The notes: generated from the sequence alone by a model not told the origin. DNA of 63,734 nt, filler included, from Octopus bimaculoides (GCF_001194135.2; 9 parts of 8 records of this genome joined end to end with filler, not necessarily neighbours in it); one strand, 5' to 3'. Positions 39,507-53,745 are shown, counted from the first letter of the whole stretch. Program-made: numbers and translations.

Positions 39507-39838
39507 TTGCTCGGAGTTACGCCTACACGCTCACAAAGTATAGGAACATAATCAGTTATTTAAATCATGCGAGATAATGTCTGTATCTTGTGTATGTGTG
39601 TGTGTGTGTGTGTGAATGACACTGGGGTGTATTGCGAATTCTATTCTAAGAAAAGGATCATTGCTTTTTGTTATGAGCTTCCTATTCTGAGATTTTTCGT
39701 AAAAGACGGGTGTTTTGCATTTATGTCTATGAGAGTGATTATATGAATATGTGTATGTGGATGTGTGATCGATATAAGTGCTTTTCGGTGTAAACATTTT
39801 TATCATGAACTCTTAAGTTATAACCAGTGGCAGTTTGG

Positions 39839-40593
39839 TCTCTTGCGATTCTCATGAGTTTTATTCATGGAAATGTGCGTAATACGGATCTTTTTTAAAA
39901 CGGGGGCCACATTTTTCATTAATGTAGTGTTTTTGGTACCGAAAAACTTTCAAACTTCGTATACTTATCTATTTTGTGTTATAGAACAGAAAAATATTTT
40001 TGTATTCGAATTTATTTCATGTAAAAAAATTGTCTTATTTCGATAATTTCAACCAATCACTGACGTCCACTCAGCCGATATACATTAAGTGCCGACTACA
40101 TAAACAAACGATTCTTCGTTTTATTTGCTTTTTTCATTTTAAATTTGCTTTAACCCTAACCCTAAGCCTAAGCCTCTACCCTAACCCTAACTCTAACCCN
40201 NNNNNNNNNNNNNNNNNNNNNNNNNNNNNNNNNNNNNNNNNNNNNNNNNNNNNNNNNNNNNNNNNNNNNNNNNNNNNNNNNNNNNNNNNNNNNNNNNNNN
40301 NNNNNNNNNNNNNNNNNNNNNNNNNNNNNNNNNNNNNNNNNNNNNNNNNNNNNNNNNNNNNNNNNNNNNNNNNNNNNNNNNNNNNNNNNNNNNNNNNNNN
40401 NNNNNNNNNNNNNNNNNNNNNNNNNNNNNNNNNNNNNNNNNNNNNNNNNNNNNNNNNNNNNNNNNNNNNNNNNNNNNNNNNNNNNNNNNNNNNNNNNATG
40501 TGGGCCCCGTTTTAAAAAAGATCCCGTAATACACATGAAATGCATTCTCCTGCAAACTGTGTTCAGCAATATACTTTTTTTTTTCGCAAGAGA
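39839..40593. mobile_element. Non-autonomous DNA element with inverted repeats and an internal telomere-like (CCCTAA)n tract
   Basis: tacggatcttttttaaaacgggggccacat (39883-39912) is inverted at 40498-40528. An outer IR is formed by tctcttgcga (39839-39848) and tcgcaagaga (40584-40593). Degenerate ccctaa repeats at ~40152-40199 run into a gap. Confidence 0.7.
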
Positions 40594-41072
40594 GATTGTG
40601 TGAGACATTAATCTTGAGTAGGAACATGCATAAATACATTCTAATATATTGTTATACGTACGTAGTACCTACCTACCTACCTACCTACCTACCTATCTAC
40701 ATACATACATACATACATTCATACATACATACATACATACATACACACATACATATGTATATATATGTGTTGTGTTTATGTACGTATCGATCTATATATA
40801 TATATATATGTAGACACAGACACACAGGCACACAGACACACCCACATATATGCATACATATCCTCAATTACACACACAAATCCCACCACTAATCTGTGTA
40901 TCAAATTCAGCATTTAGCTGAGAAAATGTTTACTAATTAAGCAGTATATATAGGCCACCCGAAGTCAGAAATATATATTTAAATCATGTCATTTCAAATA
41001 AACTTTTCGAAGATATTCGTGGTACGCACGCGCGCACACACACATGAATATGTATATATACATAAGTATATA

Positions 41073-41110
<38 letters not shown>

Positions 41111-41234
41111 NNNNNNNNNNNNNNNNNNNNNNNNNNNNNNNNNNNNNNNNNNNNTTAATTAATTAANNNNNNNNNNNNNNNNNNNNNNNNNNNNNNNNNN
41201 NNNNNNNNNNTATGTATGTATATATATATATGTA

Positions 41235-41266
<32 letters not shown>

Positions 41267-42170
41267 TGTGCTTGTGTGCGTGTATGTATGTATGTGTGTG
41301 TATATTTTTGTGTCTCTGTTTGTTCCGCAGCATCGTTTGACAACCGACGCTGGTGTGTTTGTGTCCCCGTAACCAAGCGGTTCGGCAAACGGTAACCGAT
41401 AGAATAAGTACTTGGGGCTTACAAAGAATAAGCTCTGAGTGTTTGAAGGGATGTACAAATATTGTATATTAAGAAATAGGAGGCAATTATAATTTGGGAT
41501 GATTCTTTATTTAGCGTTTTCATCCATTATTTTTCAAAATAAATTTCGTAGAAAATTTCTTGGCTTTTATACAAATGGAGAGAAGGAGAGGTGAAAGAAA
41601 AAAGAGGAAGGATGAGAACAGAAGACCAGAGAAGGTAAAACAAGGAAGACTAATGTATTTGTGGTTTGTCTGTGAAGAACGGGTAACTAATGCTTAATGG
41701 CTTTTCAAGATGTCAATTTTACTTTTTGTTTTTGAAAGAAAAGGTAAAAAAATGACAGGAAGAAACACAAGAGGGGAAAGAGAAAGAAAAAGAAGAAACA
41801 ATGGAAGCGTAGGAGAAGAATGGAGAAAATGGCTTCTTTTCAATTGTATTGTATCTATGTGGTCAGTCTGTGTAAGTTTAATTACAATTCAAGATGTCAA
41901 TATATATTTAGTTACTGCTTTTGAAAACACATCCCTGCTTTCTCTGTCTCCCCCCCTCTCTCTCTTTTATACATATTTACACATTAGCAAACATGGATCT
42001 AGTCTTTCTCATTCGCAAAAAGAGCTCCTCTTAATTTTGCTCAGATTGCTTTCAATTTTGGTGTAGCTGTGCAACTCTGAATTTTGATTATGTTCAACTA
42101 ATTACTTTATCTCGTAAATTAAAGAATCTGATGTTGTTTGGAATTAAATTTGGGAAATTTGGGTAATTTT

Positions 42171-42218
42171 AGCCAATCAAGAGACACCGTGGCATTAGCA
42201 GCTTGTTACCATGACAAC
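42171..42218. promoter_or_regulatory. Candidate promoter module: CCAAT (NF-Y) box plus RFX X-box
   Basis: AGCCAATCA at 42171-42179 and GTTACCATGACAAC at 42205-42218 in unique, non-repeat sequence. Motif match only. Confidence 0.4.
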
Positions 42219-43352
42219 CGCATGATGTGCTGTGGTTCACTGTTGTCTATGTTGATTTGTCACACTTGATGCTTCACACTACGAGATTCTTTTTCACCCG
42301 CGTGTTTTGTTTTAATTTTTCTGATTGTTAATATATTACATATTTTAATGTGCTTCTGTGTATTAGTATTCTTCTGTGCTTTTTCTGTTTGTTAGTATTT
42401 TTACAAATTTTTCATTTCATATATTTTTGGGATTCATTGACTCAGCTGGGTTTATGATTTCACTAGGTTAATTTTATTCATAAAAAATTTAATTGGGGGT
42501 ATTTCTTAAACAGTTAGTTTCACATTTCAACATCTTAACTGAAATTTAGCCCACATAACAAGAACTGAGAGGGATGTCGTAGAACAGAGATACTGCTGGT
42601 GATACAGATAATTTGCATACAAAAACATACAAGATACAGGTATTCTTTTCCATGCAACAAATTCTTTTCTGGCCAGATTTCTTATCGTAGTTTACAAATC
42701 CAAGCATGAAAACGTTGCATAAATGTATATATAAACTTATATATGAATACATAGATCCACATGCACTTATATATTAATGATGTATTCAAATACATGACTG
42801 GTATACATAATACTGAAATACAGGCAAATATGATATAACAAATTTAAAAAATAATAAAACCATACAATCAATGAAGAGATAAAAGAAATAGTAAGATGAT
42901 ACATGCTGATTTTATTAGGTATTTCTGTTTATTTAGAAGCCTACAATGAACAGGTCAGACGCTAAACTATAAATTTTACATGGTACAAACTTAAAGTTGA
43001 CACCACTTCGATAAACGCAGAAAATGTCTGTTTCACTATTGGCTAAAAATACACAAATTTTTCGATTTTTAAACCTCTGTTTACAGTTACGGGGATGTAA
43101 ACCCACCAGCATCGGTTGTCAAGCGATGTTGGGCACAAACACAGACACAAACATATACATATGAATATCTATACAAGTATTCTATAATTATAAACTTAAT
43201 TATAATCAGGGGTCAGCTAATTGCTTCGCCACGCACCGAATTTAGAAATAGGGGTTAAAATGCCTTTTCTGCTACCATAAAGATCTCCCAGACAGTAACA
43301 CGCTTTTAATGTAGGCAAAAGAAAAAATAATGTATCCACACGACTCAGATTA

Positions 43353-43416
43353 GCTACATACGCGTTTCGAGATTCAAGTAAAGATATATTTACTTATCTC
43401 TCATCTTCAGTGCGGC
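43353..43416 (-). ncRNA. Type I hammerhead ribozyme-like motif (Penelope-like)
   Basis: GCCGCA CTGAAGA T GAGA..AAGTAAA tatatc TTTACTT..TCTC GAAA CGCG TA TGTAGC: palindromic ACGCGT loop III, GUA triplet, 5 of 6 stem-I pairs. Confidence 0.65.
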
Positions 43417-44475
43417 ATTTTAAGATATAAATTTGAGAGTGTTAGGATTAAATATGTACGCGATCAAGCGTCATCGCATGACCGATATTCAACGAACACT
43501 TCCAAAAATGTACAGTCGAATGTGAGCATGTACTTATCCTCAATACCCACTATATATATATATATATATATATATNNNNNNNNNNNNNNNNNNNNNNNNN
43601 NNNNNNNNNNNNNNNNNNNNNNNNNNNNNNNNNNNNNNNNNNNNNNNNNNNNNNNNNNNNNNNNNNNNNNNNNNNNNNNNNNNNNNNNNNNNNNNNNNNN
43701 NNNNNNNNNNNNNNNNNNNNNNNNNNNNNNNNNNNNNNNNNNNNNNNNNNNNNNNNNNNNNNNNNNNNNNNNNNNNNNNNNNNNNNNNNNNNNNNNNNNN
43801 NNNNNNNNNNNNNNNNNNNNNNNNNNNNNNNNNNNNNNNNNNNNNNNNNNNNNNNNNNNNNNNNNNNNNNNNNNNNNNNNNNNNNNNNNNNNNNNNNNNN
43901 NNNNNNNNNNNNNNNNNNNNNNNNNNNNNNNNNNNNNNNNNNNNNNNNNNNNNNNNNNNNNNNNNNNNNNNNNNNNNNNNNNNNNNNNNNNNNNNNNNNN
44001 NNNNNNNNNNNNNNNNNNNNNNNNNNNNNNNNNNNNNNNNNNNNNNNNNNNNNNNNNNNNNNNNNNNNNNNNNNNNNNNNNNNNNNNNTATATATATATC
44101 AAAAATGTAATGAGTAACATTCTAACAAAAAAAAATTAGTTGGAGTGGGAAACAACATCACAAACCTATAAATCAAACACAAATCTCTGTAAGCCTAGTA
44201 CTTATTCACTCGCTCGCTTTTGCCGAACCGCTAATTAGTCTGCATTTAAATCGACCAGACTAATTTATTTTATGATATTTAACATATGGTTATGCACGAC
44301 ATCACTTCTTAAAGTTGCTAAGTTTGTGCATGCGTATCTTTTATAAAATTGATTCCAACGGTACATGTCAAATTTATATTGTTTTGACCAGCACAGACGC
44401 GTAGATGGCGAGGTTAGCCTACATTTGACCTGGCCACAAAACTACAATAACTGTAATAATAATCTGAAATGTGTA

Positions 44476-44513
<38 letters not shown>

Positions 44514-45697
44514 TGTGCGTGCGTGCGCGTATATACGAATGGAATGGTTTAGCTTTGACTGGAAAATGAAACAGCTACGCCGTGTTCGCTTGCTCTCTCC
44601 GACGTACGGTGCTTGAGCTCTCGTTCAGTTTTAATTAACTTCCGTTGTCCTCCTCTATTAAGGTCCCGTGAGAGCCGTAAATAGCCGCTGGTTAATGTAG
44701 TGTAAATAAGGCGAGGGTGCGGGTGAGGGTGATATTGGAGGGACGGTAATAGTGGCAATGCAGATATGCGGGAAGGGGAGAAGAGGCGCAAATGAGTTGG
44801 AGAGAGAACGAATGAATGTGAGTGTAAGTGAGAGATAAAGCTTGTATATAATGGGTGTGATGATGTGGTCAAGCTATAAAGCAGTGAAATCTGCGAGTTA
44901 TGTGGGATATGAGGGCGTGTCTTGTGCATGAAGGGAGGATGCATGTTTGTCTGTGTTTGCTTCTGTTTGTGTTTGCGTATAACGGTGTATATGCATGTGC
45001 GGGTGAATATACGGTTGCTTGTTTGGCTCTCTTGTACATAATGTGGCTTTGTTGTTGGTCGACATGACCAGGATGTGTATTACTTGATATGTGTGCATGT
45101 ATGTGCATTTATATATGCGCGTCTATACGTGTGTGTGTGTTTCACATATGTATATCTGTATGTCCGTGTAATTATTTCTCTCTCTACCTATCTAGAAATG
45201 GCTCTGTGTGTATGCATGTATATATACGTATATATATTTATGAATGGGTGTGTGTGTATATGTGTGTGTATATATATATATATATANNNNNNNNNNNNNN
45301 NNNNNNNNNNNNNNNNNNNNNNNNNNNNNNNNNNNNNNNNNNNNNNNNNNNNNNNNNNNNNNNNNNNNNNNNNNNNNNNNNNNNNNNNNNNNNNNNNNNN
45401 NNNNNNNNNNNNNNNNNNNNNNNNNNNNNNNNNNNNNNNNNNNNNNNNNNNNNNNNNNNNNNNNNNNNNNNNNNNNNNNNNNNNNNNNNNNNNNNNNNNN
45501 NNNNNNNNNNNNNNNNNNNNNNNNNNNNNNNNNNNNNNNNNNNNNNNNNNNNNNNNNNNNNNNNNNNNNNNNNNNNNNNNNNNNNNNNNNNNNNNNTATA
45601 TATATATATGTTGTTTACACCACCTGTCCTCTTCTATATATATATATATATATTACATATATCTACATCCAAATATATACATGTCTGTGTATGCATG

Positions 45698-45732
<35 letters not shown>

Positions 45733-46316
45733 GTGGGTGTGGGTGTGGGTGTGGGTGTGTAAACTAAATAAGTAAAAGAATGTTCAGGTATCAGTGCATT
45801 ACGGCCGTTTCAAGTGACTCCATTTAATTGGTCAATGCAAACATTAGATTAATTTGAAATAAACCGCTCACCTCGGAAGCATACGACCATATATAGATTT
45901 CTAACATACATCATACTCTTATTGATCAGTACGAGAGATTAAAATACATTGCTTCTTTACATATATATATAATTTCTATACGAAGCAAATAATTCAGGAG
46001 AAATGATTGTGAAGATATTATTGATTCTATTATTATCTATTGTAAAAATTTAAAATGATAAATACAGAATCAATATTATAGGCAATTGCAGGCCCAAAAG
46101 AGCATTAAATAACTGAAGGATTAACATTAATCAAGGGACATACTAAGTATGACTAACTACTGGAAATAACATATGTATATATATATATACTCACACACAC
46201 ATATATGTGTATATTTCCATTAGAAGTTGTGTTAACCTCATGAAGGGATGTCTTCATCTAAGGATATGTTGGTTCAATATTATCTATCAATCTATCTCTC
46301 AATATCTGTCAACCTC

Positions 46317-46348
<32 letters not shown>

Positions 46349-47070
46349 CACAGATCGGANNNNNNNNNNNNNNNNNNNNNNNNNNNNNNNNNNNNNNNNN
46401 NNNNNNNNNNNNNNNNNNNNNNNNNNNNNNNNNNNNNNNNNNNNNNNNNNNNNNNNNNNNNNNNNNNNNNNNNNNNNNNNNNNNNNNNNNNNNNNNNNNN
46501 NNNNNNNNNNNNNNNNNNNNNNNNNNNNNNNNNNNNNNNNNNNNNNNNNNNNNNNNNNNNNNNNNNNNNNNNNNNNNNNNNNNNNNNNNNNNNNNNNNNN
46601 NNNNNNNNNNNNNNNNNNNNNNNNNNNNNNNNNNNNNNNNNNNNNNNNNNNNNNNNNNNNNNNNNNNNNNNNNNNNNNNNNNNNNNNNNNNNNNNNNNNN
46701 NNNNNNNNNNNNNNNNNNNNNNNNNNNNNNNNNNNNNNNNNNNNNNNNNNNNNNNNNNNNNNNNNNNNNNNNNNNNNNNNNNNNNNNNNNNNNNNNNNNN
46801 NNNNNNNNNNNNNNNNNNNNNNNNNNNNNNNNNNNNNNNNNNNNNNNNNNNNNNNNNNNNNNNNNNNNNNNNNNNNNNNNNNNNNNNNNNNNNNNNNNNN
46901 NNNNNNNNNNNNNNNNNNNNNNNNNNNNNNNNNNNNNNNNNNNNNNNNNNNNNNNNNNNNNNNNNNNNNNNNNNNNNNNNNNNNNNNNNNNNNNNNNNNN
47001 NNNNNNNNNNNNNNNNNNNNNNNNNNNNNNNNNNNNNNNNNNNNNNNNNNNNNNNNNNNNNNNNNNNNNN

Positions 47071-47109
<39 letters not shown>

Positions 47110-47892
47110 CTATATATATATATGTATATATATGCACACGCGCACTCGCATATATATGCACGTGCATACTATATCAGAAGCACTCGACTGTCTATATTTT
47201 ATATGAGGGTTGGGCAGGGTTCAGTTGGTGGCGCAGATGCAATCAATAAAGACAGGATTCGCTTGGCTTCATATCGACCGATTCCCGTCTTTATTACGGG
47301 CAATTTACAATCATCATCTTCGTCGTTGTCGTCGTCGTCTTCATCATCATCATCATCGTCATCATCATCGTCATCATTTTTGCCCTTGTCGCCGTGTATA
47401 ATTCAGTCTCCCTTCTTTTTCTTCTTCTTCTTCACCTTCGTTTTTCTTCATCACCCTCCTCCTCCTCTTCTTCTTCTTCACCTTCTTCATTTTTAGTTCT
47501 TGTCTTTCCTTATCTTCATCTTCTTTTTCTCGTTTTCGTCATCATCATCTTTATTTTATTTTCTTCTTCATTCCTCCTCTTCTGTTTCTTCATCATTCTT
47601 ATCGTCATCATCTCTCATCGCACAATTCCTCTCCTTCCACCTCCTCTTCCTCCTCCTCTACTTCCTTCACCTCCTCCGAACCTGCATGTCAACGTTACGA
47701 GTTACGAGTTCAAATCACGCCAAAGTACTCTTTGTTTGACATCCATCCGACGTTGTTAAAATAATGTAGCGACCAAGAATGACAAAGTCAAAACTTGAAT
47801 GGAGATCTTTGATACTCATCCTGCTAAGTGGAGATGACAGTGAGAAAATAGTAGAACTTATGACATATAATAGTAAGTCAAGCTATAGTTTC

Positions 47893-48175
47893 TGTTATGG
47901 TGCATGGCTCAGTGGTTAGAGCGTTGGGATCACAATCATGAATTAGTGAGTTCAAGTCCTGGACTGGGCTGTATTTTTGTTCTTGAGTTCTCTCAGCTGT
48001 AGAAATGAATTGTGACGCCACGAGAGACAAGCTGTATCAGCATTTGTCTTTCCCTTGCATAACATCGGTGACGTGGTGAGGGGAGGATGGTATGCGTGGG
48101 CGACCGCTGGTCTTCTATAGACAACCTTACAGGGCTTGTGGCTCGGGGGCTGACTTTCAAGCAATGTTCATTCAT
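47893..48175 (+). mobile_element. tRNA-derived SINE family C
   Basis: tggctcagtggttagagcg (A box) and gagttcaagtcc (B box), followed by a non-tRNA body. Confidence 0.72.
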
Positions 48176-48925
48176 AACAGCTTGCCAGATAGTGTACGAA
48201 ACACACCCAGTCACTGGTTGCAACTACAGCCAACTTGCAGCTTCAGGACGATACAGAATTGCAAACCAGTGGGTACTTCCTGAGCTAAGGTAGTAGAGTA
48301 CATTTCAAAACATAAGCTATAACATTCAAAAGAATTAAAAGCTACTAACGGAGAATACATTCAATTTCAGATACAACGAGCAGTTATATCCATTCAGTAC
48401 AAACATATAATTAACTCTCCTTCTCTAATAATTTCTGGAAAATTACAAACGGTTCAATTGAATCAGTAAATTAAAAAAGATGTGTATATTTTGTCTTTCT
48501 CTGAAATCATGGATTCATACACAACATACCATTTCTGTAAGAATGTTTGCATATTGCAGTAAAACAACTAAATTATTTTAAAATCATTCCTAACTTGCTT
48601 CCCCTTGTTACGGGGTCCATAATACACTGTCATCTCCATGCCATAATTTCACAACGCCATGACATACTGCAGCAGCAAGCCTGGATTCCCTGTTGTCAAC
48701 ATTAAGTATCTCTCCTTCAGTCACTTGTTGTACGCAAGTAGGAAATAGCTCGAACGAACCTCAAAGTGTATCATCTGCTGGAATTAATCCATATTGATAA
48801 GGCTTCATAGACCTGAAATCGAACCCTCCACGGATATTGTGATGACAATAAAATATCTTATGATAAAACATGGATGATCTTCCGTTTTTCCTTCCACCGT
48901 GATTCTCTCCCTAGAAGTACAAAGG

Positions 48926-49050
48926 TTCTTCTTCTTCTTCTTCTTCTTCTTCTTCTTCTTCTTCTTCTTCTTCTTCTTCTTCTTCTTCTTCTTCTTCTTC
49001 TTCTTCTTCTTCTTCTTCTTCTTCTTCTTCTTCTTCTACTTCTTCTTCTT
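48926..49050. repeat. (TTC)n near-perfect microsatellite
   Basis: About 41 units with a single interruption. Confidence 0.98.
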
Positions 49051-49387
49051 GGAAGCTAACTTATGCCGAATTACAGCACTTACACAGCGTACCTATTCGT
49101 TTAGATTACCAATGAACTAAACCCCTCGTAATCTACATACACACATACACACGCACACACACAGACACATACACACATATATAGGTATATATATATATAT
49201 ATATATATATATNNNNNNNNNNNNNNNNNNNNNNNNNNNNNNNNNNNNNNNNNNNNNNNNNNNNNNNNNNNNNNNNNNNNNNNNNNNNNNNNNNNNNNNN
49301 NNNNNNNNNNNNNNNNNNNNNNNNNNNNNNNNNNNNNNNNNNNNNNNNNNNNNNNNNNNNNNCATACACATGCATACATATCTATAT

Positions 49388-49435
<48 letters not shown>

Positions 49436-49861
49436 TACATATACACAAATAGGTATACATAGATATATATAGGCATATAAATACATGCATACATATACAA
49501 TATATATATACATACCATATCGATATGCCATAAATTTTCATGATTGTTTTCCACTATTTTTTTCTTTTTTTTTTTCTTTGACGAAAGGAGAGCCGTCATC
49601 TCCAACCCTCTCAATCTGAATCCTCCCCAATTCATCTCACTCCATGCAAGCGAGTAGGGGTCCAAACTTCCGCTCACTGATTTCCATCAGTCGGCAATAA
49701 ACACCATTAATACAATGGTTTTCGTTGTATATTAAAACAAGGAATTATGGGTAAAAAAAAAGAAGAAAATAGAAAATAAAAAAGGAAAAACAGAAAATAT
49801 TAATCTCTATGTATTCACATTATTTATTTTCATTTCGATGTGCTTTCTTTTTCTCTGCTAT

Positions 49862-49877
49862 GATTATTATTATTATC

Positions 49878-49955
<78 letters not shown>

Positions 49956-50002
49956 GTTGCTGTTGTTGTTGCTGTTGCTGTTGTTATTTTATTATTATCA
50001 TG

Positions 50003-50059
<57 letters not shown>
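49862..50059. repeat. Compound (ATT)n/(GTT/GCT)n microsatellite
   Basis: Direct reading. Confidence 0.95.
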
Positions 50060-50061
<2 letters not shown>

Positions 50062-50499
50062 TTCGTCGAATCGTGTCCGACTCACTACTATGTCTGTTAC
50101 TACTTTGACCCATCACAGCAAGAGAAAATACTCCATTGAGTTACTCAGTTCGTGGATGTTTGATATGCTAAGCGTGGCAGCCTAATCTTCGCTCGAATCG
50201 TTCAGCATCATTTTTGTAAAAAAATTTAAAAAAGCAAAAAAAAAAAAAAGACCAAGAGATAGATTTATTTGATAAGGTGGTGCTAGTCTCCGTATACACA
50301 GGGAAATTATTGATTGACATTCTAGCCATGGCTTTCCAGTAATTTTTGAAAGGTCTGCTTGATCATCACAGACAGAGAATTGAACATCAACAACAAAAAC
50401 AACTGCCACTATCAGAACAAAAGGAATAACATGAACTACAAAAGGACAGTCACCAGCAATAGAACAATATCCCGACTATTATTCCACATTAACAACAGA

Positions 50500-52730
50500 C
50501 AATGTAACCACACAACTAGCGCCACCACAGAAACCCTTAAAACAGGAGTGATTATGTCATTACAACAACGATAATAATAATTTTGTCATCGGAACAGGAG
50601 CACCAAATCCCTAATACAATTATAAAATAACAACAGGTACTACTATTACTACTACAACTACTACTACTACTACAGAACATGGACGATAACATTTGAGCTA
50701 GCGACTTGCTAGAGTCAGTCGGCAATTTATCGTCAAATCACATACTACAGGCTTGGATAATTTCGTTCATGATATTTCGGGTATATTACGCCTGGAGACG
50801 AATGATGGAATAATTACGTCTGAGATGATTATGGTTATAGTTCTGTTCAGTGAGGTTCGATCTGAGTTTAAAAACAACTTGGTTGGCAACGATATGAATT
50901 CTAACCGCTCAAAAAGACATACCTCAAATATCAACACAACCTCATCACATCCATTAAGAGCCAATATATGTGCTACAAACAGTTAAACCAAACAGCAAAA
51001 CCACTACCATCACCGCTACGACAACACAAACTACTACAATCACAAGCAGTGTCTAACTACCACCATCTCAAGAACGATATTACTAATAACAACTTCAACA
51101 TCAATGCAGCAACATCCGCAAAAATACTAATAATGCCACAATAACCAACGATTACCACTCCGAAAACAACAATCACTGCCAAGACAATATAAACCACAAG
51201 TACCACAACTGGCTCAAACGTCACACCCACCGACACCAATACAACCACCAATACGACAGGACCAACAACCACTACAATTGCCATGACCAGCAATACAACA
51301 GCACAAACTACAATCACTACATCACCATAAACGACCAACAGACCACCAACTGCAACTGACACAGCCTCAACAAATATAACACCGCCACAACGCTTTAAAG
51401 TCATAAACTCTGACCACCATTTTTAAGTCTCTCCTTTTCTCAACCATTATTTTTCTCTCACCCTGTCTTTCTTTCTCACCGCTATATCGGATTACATACG
51501 ATAGTGTGCCGAATACTTCCTGGCTTTCAAGATATCACAAAAGGTTTGATTGGAGGCCCAACATTCTGAGTTCTTTTACAGGGCTTAGTAAAACTGAAAG
51601 ATCGCTGCAATAAGGGTGTGAAGCTGAAAGAGGGATATGCTGAATAACATCATAATTAACTTATCCTCCTGTATTTTCCTTTACCCAAAGACGGGAACTC
51701 TTCAACGCCCCTCCTCGATTTCATACATAAAACGCCTCGTTTTAGAGCCCATACGCTCTATTTCTGACTGCCATTAAAACTCCTCAACGTGACTGTCTCC
51801 TTCATTTCATCACCGCCAAAATCATTACGATTGCAAGCACCACTAAACAACTATCACCATTTCCAACACAACACCACCACCACCACAACCACTACCACTA
51901 CATACAGGAATATAACACCACCACCACCTCCGTTTCTGCTCCACCACCACATCACACTACCATCCTCACCAATTCCACTCCACACTACAGCCAACACCAC
52001 CAAAACCACTACGTCCTCCACAACCACCACTACTACCACCAGTACTACAACGTTCACCAATAACAACAACAAAAACGACTGCCACCGTTATACTACCACA
52101 CTAACACCACCATCACCACAACACCACCAAAATGCCACAACAGCTTTCACCACCACCACCGCCACCACTGCCGTAACCACTATTAACACCACCAACACCA
52201 TTATCCGCTCTAACACCACCACCACCACCACTATAACCACCGCAATCACTATCATTACCACCACCACTACCGTGACCACCATCACCACCACCACCATAAC
52301 CACTACCATCAACATCAGCACCACACCAAACTGCCGACATTACCATCAGCGCCACGGCTACCTTCGCTACAGTACCACGAACATGCTACGACAGCTTTCA
52401 ACACTACCACTAACACCAATGCCACTTACCACCACACCAACACTATCACCAACTCAACACCACCAATACACCTACGACAACCTTCACTACCACCACTATA
52501 CTATCAATTCACCACCACCACCACCGTCACTCTAAGACACCACACCGCCACTGCCATCACCGCCATTGCAGTCATCACATCATCACGCTACGACGATTTT
52601 CCACACTCCACCGCCACCACCGGCTCCTCTACATCATCTCATCATCACTGCCACCACAACCGCCACCACTACCACCACATGAAACCACACCCCGCCATAC
52701 CATACCATAACCCGTACCGCACCGCTATAA
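50500..52730. repeat. Long degenerate C/A-rich trinucleotide low-complexity tract (CAC/AAC/TAC)
   Basis: Strong strand asymmetry, with stops in all plus-strand frames over the tract. Confidence 0.85.
51499..51717 (+). mobile_element. mariner-derived MITE (internal deletion derivative)
   Basis: Degenerate TIRs (ta)cgatagtgtgccgaatacttcctggcttt and aaagacgggaactcttcaacgcccctcctcg. Internal DRCNKGVKLKEGYAE* resembles the mariner C-terminal KCVxxxGxYVE*. Confidence 0.65.
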
Positions 52731-53714
52731 TCTGTCTTGGAGACATCAGTCAGAAATCAGATGACTTAATTATCACATCCACGGCCGACGGATCAAAGCT
52801 TAGATTCACAGAAATGGAAGTAATTCTCTCTGCCGACATTCGCTGTTACTATGTACGGACAACGACGATGTACGATCGAATGGAAAGGAGGCGGCACTTT
52901 TTTTTCTTTTTCTTTATTATTACGTTTTTTTTTTATATATGTGGCTCATCATATTACATGCATATATATATACACACACACATACATGTATGTATTTCTA
53001 TATACATATGCATAAATATACATCATGCACAGACATTTATCTACACATAAATACACAGATGAATATGCTAACACACATAGATATACGTCTGTATGTCTAT
53101 GAGGAGGTATATATATATATATATATATACATATATATTCATTTATTATTTGTTATATATATATATATATANNNNNNNNNNNNNNNNNNNNNNNNNNNNN
53201 NNNNNNNNNNNNNNNNNNNNNNNNNNNTAGTGTGTGTGTGTGTGAGTATTATAATTTATATAGTTTTTATTTATGTTATATTTTTTTTACCTTACTGTTC
53301 TTTTTTATTTTTACGTGTATTTTTTTATATTTATATTTATATTTTTTGTGTTTTACCTTCCTTAATATATTTTATTACTTATTTTATACGCTTCGATTGG
53401 TTTGTTGGTCGATCGTTGGGTGAGTTGGTGGGTCGGTGAGATGGCTGGATGGATGATAGGTTGGTAGGTTTGGATAAATGGTTGGCTGAGCTTGAGGGCT
53501 GGATGGTTAACTGGCAAGCTTGTTGGCAGGTTGGCTCGTCAGGCGGCTGGCTGTCTGCCTGGCTGGTCTGGCAGCCCGATGATAGTGTCGCATACATTTG
53601 TTGGACAGTGGTGGGTTTCTTCGAAGTTTGGTTGGATGGTATTTTCTTTTTCGCCTTCTACTAACTTGAGTTTGCAGCATCAGAATAAAAGAAAAAGAAT
53701 CCTGAACCATGGAA

Positions 53715-53745
<31 letters not shown>

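Noticed and set aside
40152-40199. True chromosome telomere
   Set aside because: It is short, degenerate, internal, and enclosed by inverted repeats of a mobile element.
47893-47965. tRNA genes here and at 3154, 24031 and 39069
   Set aside because: A and B boxes are present, but there is no complete cloverleaf and the sequence continues into SINE bodies.
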